A DNA stretch of 53,471 nt from a virus (Duplodnaviria > Caudoviricetes): IMG/VR virus record IMGVR_UViG_3300009169_000028, positions 1 through 53,471 of that record, one strand, 5' to 3'. Shown piece by piece: positions 8,574 through 18,155 of the stretch; within the stretch, counting starts at the first letter, position 1; each line of letters starts with the position of its first letter. The notes beneath the pieces are model-generated. The model saw nothing but the letters and a program-made list of their open reading frames with translations, searched no databases and was not told the DNA's origin. The position numbers and the translations under genes were made by a program.

Positions 8574-9662
8574 ATGTATACCAGGCGGGAAACGGCAACG
8601 GTAGAGGATGTCGAGTTCCGGGTGGCGCCATCATCCGAATGGGAGGTCGTGGTGTCGGCCGGGGCGGAGGCGCCAGCCAGGGGACAGGGGGCAGGGGACA
8701 GGAGTCAGGGGACAGAGAATACGGCGCTCGTGCCGGCCGGCCTGGACATCGAGGGTATCCTGAATCTGTTCGATGAGTGGATGAAGCTGGACGTCGGCGA
8801 TGGCCGGGCGAGTCCGCTGACGCTGATCGCATATCGGAGCGATGTGCGGCAGCATCTCGTGTGGCTGGTGGAGCAGAGGAAGACGCCGGCGCAGGTGACG
8901 ACGTTCGACCTGAAGGCCTATAGAGCGCACCTGGTGGAGAGCTACCAGGTGTCAACCGTCGGGCGAAAGCTGGCCAGCATCCGGCGGTTTTATCAGATGG
9001 CGCAGGCGCACGGGATGCTGCCGGTGAATGCGAGCTACGGGCTGAAGAGTCCGGTCGATAAGACGGAGCAGAGCGAACGGATCAAGTATCTGACGCTGAT
9101 GTCGCTGAAGGCGTTGTTTGCGGCGACAGAGACGGCGAGCACGCCGGCGGCGCAGATCCGGGATAAGGCGATCATCGCGCTGATGGCCATCCACGGCCTC
9201 AGAGTGTGCGAGGTAAGCCGGCTGGACCTGACGGACGTGGATCTGGAGAAAGGCGAGGCCGGGGAGCTGGCCGCGCTGGGCAAGGGGGATAAGCGGCGGA
9301 GTGTGCTGTTGACGGATGACACCCGGCCGGCGTTGGAGAAGTGGTTGGCGGTGCGGCGGCTGATGCACGCCGACTCGCCGGCGCTCTTCCTGGCGCTGAG
9401 CGGGCCAGCGGAGCGGATTAGCACGCGCGGGCTGCGGGCGATGGTGGATCACTACCTGGTGAAGATCGGGGCCAAGAAGACGGGTGTTTCATGCCACGCG
9501 CTGCGGCACACGTATGCGACCCAGAGCCTGGCAGCCGGGGCGAGTCTGCTGGCGATCTCCGGGAGTATGGGACACAGCTCGGTGACGACGACGCAGGTCT
9601 ACGCTCAGATCGTGGACAAAGCCCGAAACAATCCGGCGAAGTTCTTAGTAGGGCTGTTATAG
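8574..9662 (+). CDS. XerC/XerD-like tyrosine recombinase (second, non-integrase recombinase)
   Basis: SAM-like domain (SPLTLIAYRSD, STVGRKLASIRRFY); catalytic RD..I.....HGLRVCE, GKGDKRR, HALRHT, GHSS, TTQVY. Confidence 0.92.
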   Translation: MYTRRETATVEDVEFRVAPSSEWEVVVSAGAEAPARGQGAGDRSQGTENTALVPAGLDIEGILNLFDEWMKLDVGDGRASPLTLIAYRSDVRQHLVWLVEQRKTPAQVTTFDLKAYRAHLVESYQVSTVGRKLASIRRFYQMAQAHGMLPVNASYGLKSPVDKTEQSERIKYLTLMSLKALFAATETASTPAAQIRDKAIIALMAIHGLRVCEVSRLDLTDVDLEKGEAGELAALGKGDKRRSVLLTDDTRPALEKWLAVRRLMHADSPALFLALSGPAERISTRGLRAMVDHYLVKIGAKKTGVSCHALRHTYATQSLAAGASLLAISGSMGHSSVTTTQVYAQIVDKARNNPAKFLVGLL

Positions 9663-9663
9663 G
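9644..9663 (+). repeat. Dispersed dif-like site 4 (overlaps recombinase stop codon)
   Basis: CTTAGTA-GGGCTG-TTATAGG. Confidence 0.7.
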
Positions 9664-9690
9664 TATTCTGCCGTCGAGGGTGATGCAAAT

Positions 9691-9975
9691 ATGAAAAGTA
9701 ATGAAATCGAGACCGCCGACGCTACGATTATCATTCAGTCGTGCGATAACGTTTCGGCGAATATCGGCGTTTTACACGGCGGAACAATAACCTATCGGCC
9801 TGTGGCCCTGCCATCCCTAAAACACGAATGGCACCGGGAACATTTGGCTTGCCTGGAACTGCCGATGGACAAGTTTGACGAAATCTTGCAGAGAAATAGG
9901 GCCGTGCTGCTGGAAACCATAGCCAGGCTAAACGTCCCAACAACGGATCCACCGTGCCGGCTGCGCCGGTGTTAG
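9691..9975 (+). CDS. Hypothetical protein
   Basis: 94-aa ORF, lower GC than flanks. Confidence 0.5.
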   Translation: MKSNEIETADATIIIQSCDNVSANIGVLHGGTITYRPVALPSLKHEWHREHLACLELPMDKFDEILQRNRAVLLETIARLNVPTTDPPCRLRRC

Positions 9976-9979
9976 ACGG

Positions 9980-10038
9980 AAAAAGGAACCGCCGACGGGA
10001 TCAGCGCCGGCGGGCCAGCGGGGGGGGACCTCGCTGGT
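9980..10038 (-). ncRNA. Candidate small antisense RNA with C-rich loop
   Basis: Extended -10 TGcTATAAT (10045..10053, minus), hairpin CCAGCG-AGGTCCCCCCC-CGCTGG, then a terminator hairpin and T-run. Confidence 0.4.
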
Positions 10039-10074
10039 GAGCTGATTATAGCATATCTCCACAGGGGGGGACAG

Positions 10075-10272
10075 ATGAGCGAAGAGCAGACAAGCTATCG
10101 GGTGTTCCGGCCGGAGCTGCCCCTGGCCGCCTGGGTGCGGGAGCAGCGGCAGCCGGTGGTCGTCCACCGCCAGGATCTGGCCGCGCTGCGGGAGGCTGGG
10201 GCGGCGAACGTGGTGGCGCTGCCGCATGGCGGGCCGCTGCGCGGCGAGGCGTGGGTCGAGGTGCGGGGATGA
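10075..10272 (+). CDS. Hypothetical protein
   Basis: G-rich RBS; 65 aa. Confidence 0.55.
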   Translation: MSEEQTSYRVFRPELPLAAWVREQRQPVVVHRQDLAALREAGAANVVALPHGGPLRGEAWVEVRG

Positions 10273-10658
10273 ACGATCAACCCAACAGCAGCGGCTCCAG
10301 CGCCGTCTGGGGCATCCTGGCCGGTATCGTGCTGATCATCGCCCTGATCGGCGGGAGCCTCTATCTGATCGGCGATCTGGGCGTGCAACGCGAGCGGGCA
10401 CGCGCTGAGCAGGAGAACGCCAGAGCGCAGGTCGAGACGGCGCGGGCTTATGCGCAGACGCAGATCGCCCAGGCTCAAGTCGAGATGGCACGGGCGCACG
10501 AAGAGGGATCGACAGAACGGATGCAGGTCTTCGCGCTGACGCTCAAGTCGCTGACCGCAGAAAACCAGATGACCATCACGCTGCTATCCGTGGGCGTGCT
10601 GATCCTCGGCATTCTGCAACTGGTCCAGACCCTCACCCGGCCGCGAGGTGGCGCATGA
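10269..10658 (+). CDS. Membrane protein with coiled coil
   Basis: TM - coiled coil - TM; ATGA coupling. Confidence 0.6.
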   Translation: MNDQPNSSGSSAVWGILAGIVLIIALIGGSLYLIGDLGVQRERARAEQENARAQVETARAYAQTQIAQAQVEMARAHEEGSTERMQVFALTLKSLTAENQMTITLLSVGVLILGILQLVQTLTRPRGGA

Positions 10659-10882
10659 CGACACAGAGACGCTACAGTCATTACACCTACACCATTACCA
10701 ACAAGGCCAGCATCGTGCTGCTGTGCGTTTTGCTGGTGGCTAGTGGATCGCTGTGGGTGCGCTACTGGGCCAGCATCCCGCCACCTATTGAGGATGCATT
10801 ACGGGTAGCCTGGTCTGTCTGGGCGCTGGCGTTTGTGATCCGACTGTTTGAGGCGCTGATCCGACGCTACGCAGTGAGGTAA
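10655..10882 (+). CDS. Small membrane protein
   Basis: Two hydrophobic segments. Confidence 0.55.
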   Translation: MTTQRRYSHYTYTITNKASIVLLCVLLVASGSLWVRYWASIPPPIEDALRVAWSVWALAFVIRLFEALIRRYAVR

Positions 10883-10884
10883 CC

Positions 10885-11571
10885 ATGAAGCAGTTCACTC
10901 AGACATTCGTGCCGCCGGCCCCAGCGCCGGCGCAAATGCCGGCACAGCAGCCACGGGAAGCGGCTTCGATCTGGATGAGCGGCGTCGTGGCGCCGTTCGT
11001 CCAGAACATCATCGGCGGGATCGGCGTGGCGGTCATTGCCGGCCTGATCGGTTTGGCGGTCGCGCCGGGCAATCCGGTGCTGGTAGGTAAGGCGGCCATG
11101 ATCGCCGGTGCGGTCGTGTTCGGCGGCTCCTGTGCGATCCGGGCGTTTCGGGATGAGATCGCGATGATTGTGGCGGCCTATGCCGATGGGCAGCGCGATG
11201 AAACGATCGAGGCGTTGCGGCGGGAGAACGGCCGGCTGCTGGCCGAGGTCGAGCGGCTGAAGGACGAGGGCATGGTGGCGCACGCCTGGGGAGCGCGCGA
11301 GGCGGCGGAGCGGCTGGTAACGAGCTATTTTGCCGCCGTGGCCGCCAACCAGGATGTGCGCGGCCATCTGGCCCGCGCCGAATCTATGCAGCGCGGTCTG
11401 AGCCGTGCTGCATGGGAGCAGGGCGTGCGATTCCTGCAGAATGCCGGCGTGCTCGATCGTGGCACGCTGCTGGCCGTCAGCGAGGAGGCGGCGTTAGCCG
11501 CCATCGCCCGGCACGCCGCCACGTCACGCGTCAGCGTGCGCGCCGCCAACGGCGACATGGCGAGATTGTAA
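10885..11571 (+). CDS. Membrane-anchored hypothetical protein
   Basis: GAGGT RBS; two TM then a coiled coil. Confidence 0.6.
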   Translation: MKQFTQTFVPPAPAPAQMPAQQPREAASIWMSGVVAPFVQNIIGGIGVAVIAGLIGLAVAPGNPVLVGKAAMIAGAVVFGGSCAIRAFRDEIAMIVAAYADGQRDETIEALRRENGRLLAEVERLKDEGMVAHAWGAREAAERLVTSYFAAVAANQDVRGHLARAESMQRGLSRAAWEQGVRFLQNAGVLDRGTLLAVSEEAALAAIARHAATSRVSVRAANGDMARL

Positions 11572-11672
11572 GTTATGTCGAATCATGACCGGGAAGTGGG
11601 ATCGGGATCATCCCAGCCCGGCAAAATGACCCCCTTCCCGCTCAGGCGGGGGAGGGGAGAGAGGAAGACGCA

Positions 11673-11936
11673 ATGAGCGGCATGGATCGCTACATTGATC
11701 TGGTTTACGGCGGTGTTACGCCGGATGCGCTCGACTACTACACCGGCCGCGCGCAGATGGCACACGCCGAACGGGATCGGCTGGCCATGCGAGCAGTTGA
11801 TGAGCAACTTGCTGCCGCGCGGCGTAAACAGGCGTGGGCCATCGGCGCACGGCGCCAGCTCGCCGAACTGTGGGCTGGGCTGACACCTGAAGAGCGCCAG
11901 GCCATCATACTGGAAGCGGAAACACTGTCACGATGA
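11673..11936 (+). CDS. Hypothetical protein
   Basis: RBS GAGGA; 87 aa. Confidence 0.55.
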   Translation: MSGMDRYIDLVYGGVTPDALDYYTGRAQMAHAERDRLAMRAVDEQLAAARRKQAWAIGARRQLAELWAGLTPEERQAIILEAETLSR

Positions 11937-11979
11937 ATAGTCATCACAAAGGGAAAAAAGGAAATAAAGGAACAAGCAC

Positions 11980-12354
11980 ATGAGCACCGAACTACTGACC
12001 CAACTCCAATCCCTGATCGCCGGCGCGGAGGCGAACCAGGTCGACGCCGACAAATGGCGCGCGTTGCTAGGCATGGTGGCTGATATGGGCTACGGCCCGC
12101 GTATCACGCCACAACAAATCGCCGATCTGCTGCCGAACGTACACGGCATAAACGAGATCGCCGGCTACTCCCAGGAGGTCGTCCCGGCGCAGCCGGCCGG
12201 CTCCAAAATGCCCAGACGCAAGCTCACACCCGAGGATGAGCACAATATCCGGATCCTGCAGGATCGGTTCTTCTCATCAGAGCAAATCGCCACAGAACTC
12301 GGGATCTCGCTTAAGGCCGTCGTCGCCTTCCTCGAACGTGTCGAGCGTGATTGA
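11980..12354 (+). CDS. HTH-containing protein
   Basis: C-terminal SSEQIATELGISLKAV. Confidence 0.6.
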   Translation: MSTELLTQLQSLIAGAEANQVDADKWRALLGMVADMGYGPRITPQQIADLLPNVHGINEIAGYSQEVVPAQPAGSKMPRRKLTPEDEHNIRILQDRFFSSEQIATELGISLKAVVAFLERVERD

Positions 12355-12679
12355 TTTTACCCACGCGCTGCGCCGGGCGGCGCAGCGCGTGCCGGGGCCG
12401 GTCGCCGAGCGCAGCCTGGCGCAGGCCAGGCCGATCCGACTCATGGCGGACTATCACGATGTGCCGCTGCCGGAGCCGATGGTGCGAGCCGGCCCGATGC
12501 GCCTCGGCGCCAGCGAGACCTGGTGTGCGCGCTGCGGGTGCGAAGGCTTTATGCCGGAATCGACATCCGGCAATCGCTCGGCGCAGAAGTCCACGGCTAC
12601 CTGCATCCGTTGTGGCAGCACGAAGCTGGTACCGGCCACGGCGGTGCTGCGACCGGATGAGTATTACGTGGCGCAGTAG
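12347..12679 (+). CDS. Zn-ribbon hypothetical protein
   Basis: CARCGC...CIRCGS; GTG start overlapping previous gene. Confidence 0.5.
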   Translation: MIDFTHALRRAAQRVPGPVAERSLAQARPIRLMADYHDVPLPEPMVRAGPMRLGASETWCARCGCEGFMPESTSGNRSAQKSTATCIRCGSTKLVPATAVLRPDEYYVAQ

Positions 12680-12692
12680 TTTGCGCGCAAAC
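12679..12692. promoter_or_regulatory. parS-like palindrome copy 1
   Basis: GTTTGCGCGCAAAC immediately upstream of the ParB gene. Confidence 0.5.
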
Positions 12693-12705
12693 ACTGAGGT
12701 GTGTG

Positions 12706-14589
12706 ATGGCCGATTCCCTGTTTCTGCTGGAGCAGATCGACGACAATCCGTTCCAGACCCGGCAAACCTATGACGACGCCGGGATTGCCGAGTTGGCGGC
12801 GGACATCTATGCCCGGGGCCTGCTGCAACCGCCCGTCGGCCGCCTGGTAGACGGCCGGGTCCAGCTCGCCTTCGGCCATCGCCGGCTGCGGGCCTACCGG
12901 CACATCCGCACGCAGATAGATGCGATGGGCTGGAGCGCGATGCCGGTCAACGTGCAGACGCTGAGCGATGAGCAGATGGCGCTGGCAGCGTGGAGCGAGA
13001 ACGCGCAGCGCAAGGACATCACGGCGATCGAGGAGGCGACTGCGATCAAGCGGATGATGGACGGCTTCGGCTGGAGCCAGAGCGACATGGGCAGCAAGCT
13101 GGGCGTGGATCGCTCGACGGTGGCCAATAAGCTGCGGCTGCTGCGCTTGCCGGAGGAGGTGCAGGCACGCATTGCCGGCCGGGAGCTGAGCGAGCGCCAG
13201 GCCGTGGCGCTGCTGCCGCTCTACGAGCTGCCGAAGCCGGCGCTGAACAACGCCGACAAGGCTTACACTTTTCCACGACCGAAGGATGTGATCGAGAACG
13301 CCGGCGCAAAATCATCGGACCGCATCCGGGAGGACGTAGATAGGATTCTGCAGAACGCGACGTGGCGGCTCGATGTGCCGTGGTCCAATCATCCGTTCGG
13401 CGGAAATGGATTGCATGATCCGGTATGCGATAGCTGTGCTAAGCGGATGCGTTTCGAGAAGACGTTCCGCTGCCCACATCAGACCTGCTATGAGCGCAAG
13501 ACGACGCTGTGGGCGGCGCTGCGGGTGGCGTGGGCCAGCACGGCGATGGAGATCCCGGCGGCGCCGGTGGAACTGAGTTACGGCGAGTATGCGACGCTGG
13601 CGAACGTGCCGCAGCCGGACAAGGTGATCGAGAAACGCTGCGAGAATTTGCGGCTGCGTTGGGTCGGGGACGACCGCCATACGGTGACCCGGCTGCGGGT
13701 GGCTGAGTATCCCGACGTGGAGGTCATCTGTCTGCATGGGGAGGATGGCCGGTGCAAGTGCGCCAGCGCAGCGAAGGCCGCGGCGACGAAGGCGGATCCG
13801 GACGTCCAGGAGCAGAAGGCGATCGAGAAGCGGATCCAGACGGAGATCATCGAGCCGGCGCGGGCGGCGGTGCTGGCTGGCCTGGAGAGCGGGCACCTGG
13901 GCGTGTGGCGGGATATGACCAGGGCGATAGTCTACAATCTGCGGCTGCCGGATGACGCCGATCTGGACGCGATCCGGGTGGCATTGGCGAAGGGATTGGC
14001 CGAAAGACAAATCTACTACGGGTCGGACAAGTCCAACCTCGGAGCGGTGAAACAGGCTTACGAGGCGCGCTTGAAGAACCTGGGGCTTGCCGTGCCGTGG
14101 GATGTGCCGCCGGAGGAGAGTCTGCGCCGGCGCTACGAGCGCATCCAGCGCTGGGCGATCAATCAGGAGTGGTGGAAGTGGGATTACGAGACGAACCTGG
14201 AGGCGATCGCCGGCAACCAGGTCAACCTGGCGGCGCTGGCCACGGAGGCGGCAGCGCTGGGTGAGGCGGCGGGTGAGCTGCCGCTGTTGATCGGCGCGCT
14301 GCAGGGGCAGTTGGCCGAGCTAGAGCCCGTGGCGCGGGAGATCAATGCGCGGAGGCAGGCGGGCGGGAATTGGTGGTGCCGTCACGAGATGCCGAGAGTC
14401 CTCTGCAATGATCTGCTGACATTGGAGCCGGGCAGTCTGCATTTCGAGAAGATCCTGGGCGAGGCCGAGGCGATCCACGTGCGGTATGCGCTGATTTTTG
14501 CCAACGGGCTGGAGCGGATCCAGGCGTTGTGTGATCGGCGGATGGCGCTGGAGCCGGAGCGGGCCGGCGAGGCGTTTCCGGTGCTGTGA
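12706..14589 (+). CDS. ParB/RepB/Spo0J-family protein with long C-terminal extension
   Basis: NPFQTR, GLLQPP, FGHRRLRA, ENAQRKDI, HTH SQSDMGSKLGVDRSTVANKLRLL. Confidence 0.88.
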   Translation: MADSLFLLEQIDDNPFQTRQTYDDAGIAELAADIYARGLLQPPVGRLVDGRVQLAFGHRRLRAYRHIRTQIDAMGWSAMPVNVQTLSDEQMALAAWSENAQRKDITAIEEATAIKRMMDGFGWSQSDMGSKLGVDRSTVANKLRLLRLPEEVQARIAGRELSERQAVALLPLYELPKPALNNADKAYTFPRPKDVIENAGAKSSDRIREDVDRILQNATWRLDVPWSNHPFGGNGLHDPVCDSCAKRMRFEKTFRCPHQTCYERKTTLWAALRVAWASTAMEIPAAPVELSYGEYATLANVPQPDKVIEKRCENLRLRWVGDDRHTVTRLRVAEYPDVEVICLHGEDGRCKCASAAKAAATKADPDVQEQKAIEKRIQTEIIEPARAAVLAGLESGHLGVWRDMTRAIVYNLRLPDDADLDAIRVALAKGLAERQIYYGSDKSNLGAVKQAYEARLKNLGLAVPWDVPPEESLRRRYERIQRWAINQEWWKWDYETNLEAIAGNQVNLAALATEAAALGEAAGELPLLIGALQGQLAELEPVAREINARRQAGGNWWCRHEMPRVLCNDLLTLEPGSLHFEKILGEAEAIHVRYALIFANGLERIQALCDRRMALEPERAGEAFPVL

Positions 14590-14599
14590 GGAAGATGAT

Positions 14600-14893
14600 A
14601 TGTGCAAACATCCGAACGTGAAACTAACGATCTCATGGACGATTGACATGACCACTGAGGGGCCGGAGGTGCTCGACAGCCAGGTCCAGAAGGCGAGCCT
14701 GAGAGCAGTGGTGAATTGTCCTGATTGTGGCCTCATGGGCAACACCTACACAACGATGGGCGAACCGGGCGTACAAAAGTCCTGGCAGGATCGGTGGCCA
14801 AAGTGGTTGAGCAACCGGGTGCGGCAGTTGGCGAACGGAAACGCTTCGCTGCGGCAAGCAGTGCAGAGGTGTATGCCGGGGTTGGTAGAGTAG
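14600..14893 (+). CDS. Hypothetical protein
   Basis: GAGGA RBS; MCKHP...CPDCG. Confidence 0.55.
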   Translation: MCKHPNVKLTISWTIDMTTEGPEVLDSQVQKASLRAVVNCPDCGLMGNTYTTMGEPGVQKSWQDRWPKWLSNRVRQLANGNASLRQAVQRCMPGLVE

Positions 14894-14895
14894 TG

Positions 14896-14915
14896 CCGAG
14901 TACGGCAGTTATAGG
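14896..14915 (+). repeat. Dispersed dif-like site 5
   Basis: CCGAGTA-CGGCAG-TTATAGG. Confidence 0.8.
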
Positions 14916-14958
14916 TAATGCGATTGCGGCGCGCTGGGGCGCCTGGTGGGGGGACATC

Positions 14959-16245
14959 GTGCAACTTAGCAGAACACGGCAGCTTCAACTGATCGTCAAT
15001 TTTTTCAACGGTGTGCCGGCCGACCGGCAGTATCATCCGACGGACTTCGACCGGGACCTCGCCGAGGCGTGGCGCGAGCTGATGGGCTGGGAGCAACCTG
15101 AGCCGGGCGATGCGGAGATGGTCAAGGAGATCCGGACCGAGCTGGCACAGAAGGTGTTTGCATCGCTGCGCAATGGACGCCAGGTGTGGGAGGAGATCGC
15201 CGGGGCGCTCGATGCGGAGCCGGCGCATTACAAGTCGTTGGCGGAGATGGCATTCGAGCCGATCACCTGGCTGTGGGAGAACTGGCTACCGGTGGGAATG
15301 ATCTCGATGCTGGCGGCCAGGCCGGGGACGGGTAAGAGCCTGGTGGCGCTGGATCTGTGCCGGCGGATCATCGCCGGCGAGGGGTGGCCGGACGGCTCGA
15401 CGCAGACCCGGCCGGGGGCCTCGTGCATCTATGTGGATGCCGAGAACGTGCCGGCGATCCTCAATAAGCGTTCGGTTGAGTGGGAGCGCTGGGGTATGGA
15501 TCGCCGGCGCATCTATCCGGTGATCCCGGAGCAGGACCATGACATCGTGAACCTGGGCGATGATCATTATCGGAATCTGTTGTGGGGGATGGCCTGCAAG
15601 CTGAAGCCGGCGCTGATCGTAATAGATTCGCTGCGGGACATTCTGCCGGCCGGCGAATCGGCGGTGGAAGATGTGCGCTCGACGCTGGCCTTCTTGAGCA
15701 ATCTGGCGGTGCAGAACTGCGCGGCGGTGCTGATCGTTCACCACCTCCGCAAGGGGCAGCAGTCCGGCCAACTGGCGCTGATGGACAGCATCGATCTCGA
15801 CCAGGTGAGCGGGTCCGGTTACATCGGCGGGCGGGCGCGGGTGATCATGGGGCTGACGAAGGTGCAGACGGGGCCGGATCCCGACAAGAACGGGCCGCGC
15901 AAGTTGGAGATCGTCAAGACGAACCTGGGTGAGTATCCCGCCGACCTGGGGATCACGTTCGAGCGGATGCCGCCGGACGGGTTGAAGCTGACCTGGACGG
16001 GGCAGGCTCCCAAGCGTTACCAGGAGCCAACGCTGCGGGATGGGGCGGTCGAGTGGCTGCTGGCCTTTCTGGAGGACGCCGGTGAGCCGGTGTCCCCGAA
16101 GGCGGTGGTCGAGGCGGCCGAGGCGGCCGGGTTCAGCCGGGCGACGATCTACCGGGCGCGTGAGGAGTTGGGCGGCCAGATCGCCAACTCGAAGGGCCGT
16201 CAGCACCCACAGAACGCCTGGACGTTGACGGTAGCGGAAGAATAG
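14959..16245 (+). CDS. AAA-family ATPase / RepA-like replicative helicase
   Basis: ITWLWENWLP, Walker A AARPGTGKS, Walker B LIVIDS, HHLRK, C-terminal winged helix; GTG start inferred. Confidence 0.82.
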   Translation: MQLSRTRQLQLIVNFFNGVPADRQYHPTDFDRDLAEAWRELMGWEQPEPGDAEMVKEIRTELAQKVFASLRNGRQVWEEIAGALDAEPAHYKSLAEMAFEPITWLWENWLPVGMISMLAARPGTGKSLVALDLCRRIIAGEGWPDGSTQTRPGASCIYVDAENVPAILNKRSVEWERWGMDRRRIYPVIPEQDHDIVNLGDDHYRNLLWGMACKLKPALIVIDSLRDILPAGESAVEDVRSTLAFLSNLAVQNCAAVLIVHHLRKGQQSGQLALMDSIDLDQVSGSGYIGGRARVIMGLTKVQTGPDPDKNGPRKLEIVKTNLGEYPADLGITFERMPPDGLKLTWTGQAPKRYQEPTLRDGAVEWLLAFLEDAGEPVSPKAVVEAAEAAGFSRATIYRAREELGGQIANSKGRQHPQNAWTLTVAEE

Positions 16246-16504
16246 AGCGGGCGGGCGCCTGGTGGCGTAACCTTAAGCCGTCGCAAGTATATCAAGAGAT
16301 CACTATTTTAACACCCCTACCCCCTGATATAGCTAGAGTGGGTGAGACGGTGATATCTCTGCGATAGTCGGGACAGTTCAACGGGAGGCAGCGATGCGAC
16401 GATGATAGCGATCTCCTATCTGGTGATTTTGATTCTGGCGGGCAGTCTGTTGTACATCGTGATCGCCGGGGTGGGGCCCGGTTTGCGAGAGGGAAGGAAG
16501 AAGG

Positions 16505-16846
16505 ATGAAACGTCTAAACCCGGGCATGATCAGCCACAGCCTGTCGCTGTGCGGGATGAATGCGTATCGTGCGGTCATCCTGGAGATGGCCGAGCAGATC
16601 AACGCGCTTCAGGAAGCAGTCGAGGATCTGCAAGGGCTGGTGAGCGCCGAGATCATGGGCGGCCTGGCCAAGCCCAGCGAATTGCGGGAGGTCGTGGCGG
16701 AGCTGGCCAGGGGACAGGAGTCAGGAGACAGGGGTCAGGGGAACGGGCGCCAGCCATCAAGCATCCCGGACGGAACGGTAACGGGTAGCTCCTGGCTTCC
16801 GGATGATTGGGTGAAACAGTACACTGCTGCGGTGGACGGCGAGTGA
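16505..16846 (+). CDS. Hypothetical protein
   Basis: RBS AGGA; coiled coil; contains heptamer-repeat-encoded RGQESGDRGQG. Confidence 0.55.
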   Translation: MKRLNPGMISHSLSLCGMNAYRAVILEMAEQINALQEAVEDLQGLVSAEIMGGLAKPSELREVVAELARGQESGDRGQGNGRQPSSIPDGTVTGSSWLPDDWVKQYTAAVDGE

Positions 16847-17079
16847 TGGCGCCGCTCCAGACGCATCGGGCACACTGCGGCGCCTGCAGCGGCCTGATGG
16901 TCCTGCAGAGAGATTATCGCACGATCAATCATCTCCTCTGCTGGATCTACTGGTACGTTTGCCAAACATGCGGAACTCAAACACCGCCATGCCTGACAAC
17001 TGCCGAAGCAGACAATGATGTGGTGTGGGTGCCGATGGCGGCGCCGAAGCGGACGGAGGGAGGGGGGCATGGGCAATAA
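16846..17079 (+). CDS. Zn-ribbon hypothetical protein
   Basis: CGAC...CQTC; TGATG coupling. Confidence 0.55.
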   Translation: MAPLQTHRAHCGACSGLMVLQRDYRTINHLLCWIYWYVCQTCGTQTPPCLTTAEADNDVVWVPMAAPKRTEGGGHGQ

Positions 17080-17329
17080 TCGTAATCACAGGGCGAAGCG
17101 GCTGTCGGCGGACGAGTTTATCCGCATTTGGCAGGCAGCCGAGACGGTAGAGCAGGTTGCCGAGGAGACGGGGGCGCACTACACGGCAGTCCTAAGCCGG
17201 GCCCGGCGCTACCGGGAGCGCGGGGTACAGCTTCGGGAGTTGCAACGGAGCGTGCGGCCGCATAACTATGGCAACGACTGGGATGCGCTGCGGGCGTTGG
17301 CGGTCGAGCTGCGACCCGGTTCCGAGTAG
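17069..17329 (+). CDS. Small HTH-like protein
   Basis: EFIRIWQAAETVEQVAEETG...SRARRYRERGVQL. Confidence 0.6.
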   Translation: MGNNRNHRAKRLSADEFIRIWQAAETVEQVAEETGAHYTAVLSRARRYRERGVQLRELQRSVRPHNYGNDWDALRALAVELRPGSE

Positions 17330-17341
17330 GAATCTTATAGG
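17322..17341 (+). repeat. Dispersed dif-like site 6
   Basis: CCGAGTA-GGAATC-TTATAGG. Confidence 0.8.
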
Positions 17342-17371
17342 AACCGCTTACGAAAAAGGGGGGAATCAACG

Positions 17372-17974
17372 ATGGAAACGGCTCTGAGCATCATTCAGGA
17401 TATGCGCCAGCCCGTTGTATCGCTCGTTACAGCGTTGGCGGAGGCGGGTGACCTGTCAGCGGACGAGTACCGGGCGATCTACGATCAGGTGGCCGCCGGC
17501 CGCTCGCTGCGCAATGTGGAGCTGGCGCTGCGGTCGGGGGTGACGTTCGGGTGGTGGGCGAAGTATGCGGCCGGGGAGAAGGTCCTCGACCGGGAGCGGA
17601 AAAACGAGCTGCGGACGTGGGCGGGGCTGCCGCTCCTCCCGCCGTCGGTGAGCGAGGCGGTAGCGGCGGGAGCGCATCCTGATGCGGCAGTGTACCAGGT
17701 GGGCGCGTCGCCAGCCAGCCGGGTGGTGCTGGTGGGTGCGGATGTGCCGGCGGTGAGTCTGCGGCTGAACGGCGCCTGCACGGTGGTGAGCGACGGCCCG
17801 GCCCTGGAAGCGCGCCAGCCTGCATGTACCGGGCGGTACAGCCGCAAGCCGGGCGGAACGATACATCTGACTAGGGGCACGTGGGAACGGCTGAATACGA
17901 GGCGTTTGCGTGCGGGGCAGTCGTGGGATGAGTTCCTGGCTGTGTTGGAGGAGAGCGATGGCCAGTCTGAATAA
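17372..17974 (+). CDS. Hypothetical DNA-binding protein
   Basis: G-rich RBS; C-terminal ribbon-helix-helix-like TIHLTRGTWERL...SWDEFL. Confidence 0.55.
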   Translation: METALSIIQDMRQPVVSLVTALAEAGDLSADEYRAIYDQVAAGRSLRNVELALRSGVTFGWWAKYAAGEKVLDRERKNELRTWAGLPLLPPSVSEAVAAGAHPDAAVYQVGASPASRVVLVGADVPAVSLRLNGACTVVSDGPALEARQPACTGRYSRKPGGTIHLTRGTWERLNTRRLRAGQSWDEFLAVLEESDGQSE

Positions 17975-18155
17975 TTTATCGGTCACCTTCGAGGTGGAGC
18001 CGATCGTCAAGCTGCTCTGCGAAGAGACCGAGTGCGAGCATAACCTGGTGAGCAAGCCTGGCGGATGGCTGGCCTGCAATCTGAAGCATGTCGTCATCGG
18101 GCAGGGGGGCGTGTGTGCGGACAGGGCGGTCAAGGTGGTCAAGAAGGAGGAATAA
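17958..18155 (+). CDS. Small Cys-rich protein
   Basis: GGAGGAG RBS; CEETECEHN...CNL...GVC. Confidence 0.55.
   Translation: MASLNNLSVTFEVEPIVKLLCEETECEHNLVSKPGGWLACNLKHVVIGQGGVCADRAVKVVKKEE

Noticed and set aside
16246-16400. Replication origin after the helicase
   Set aside because: Modestly AT-rich but no iterons or other supporting structure visible
16402-16788. Membrane protein ORF
   Set aside because: The hydrophobic N-terminus is plausible, but most of the ORF overlaps the better-supported 16505..16846 gene; left uncalled
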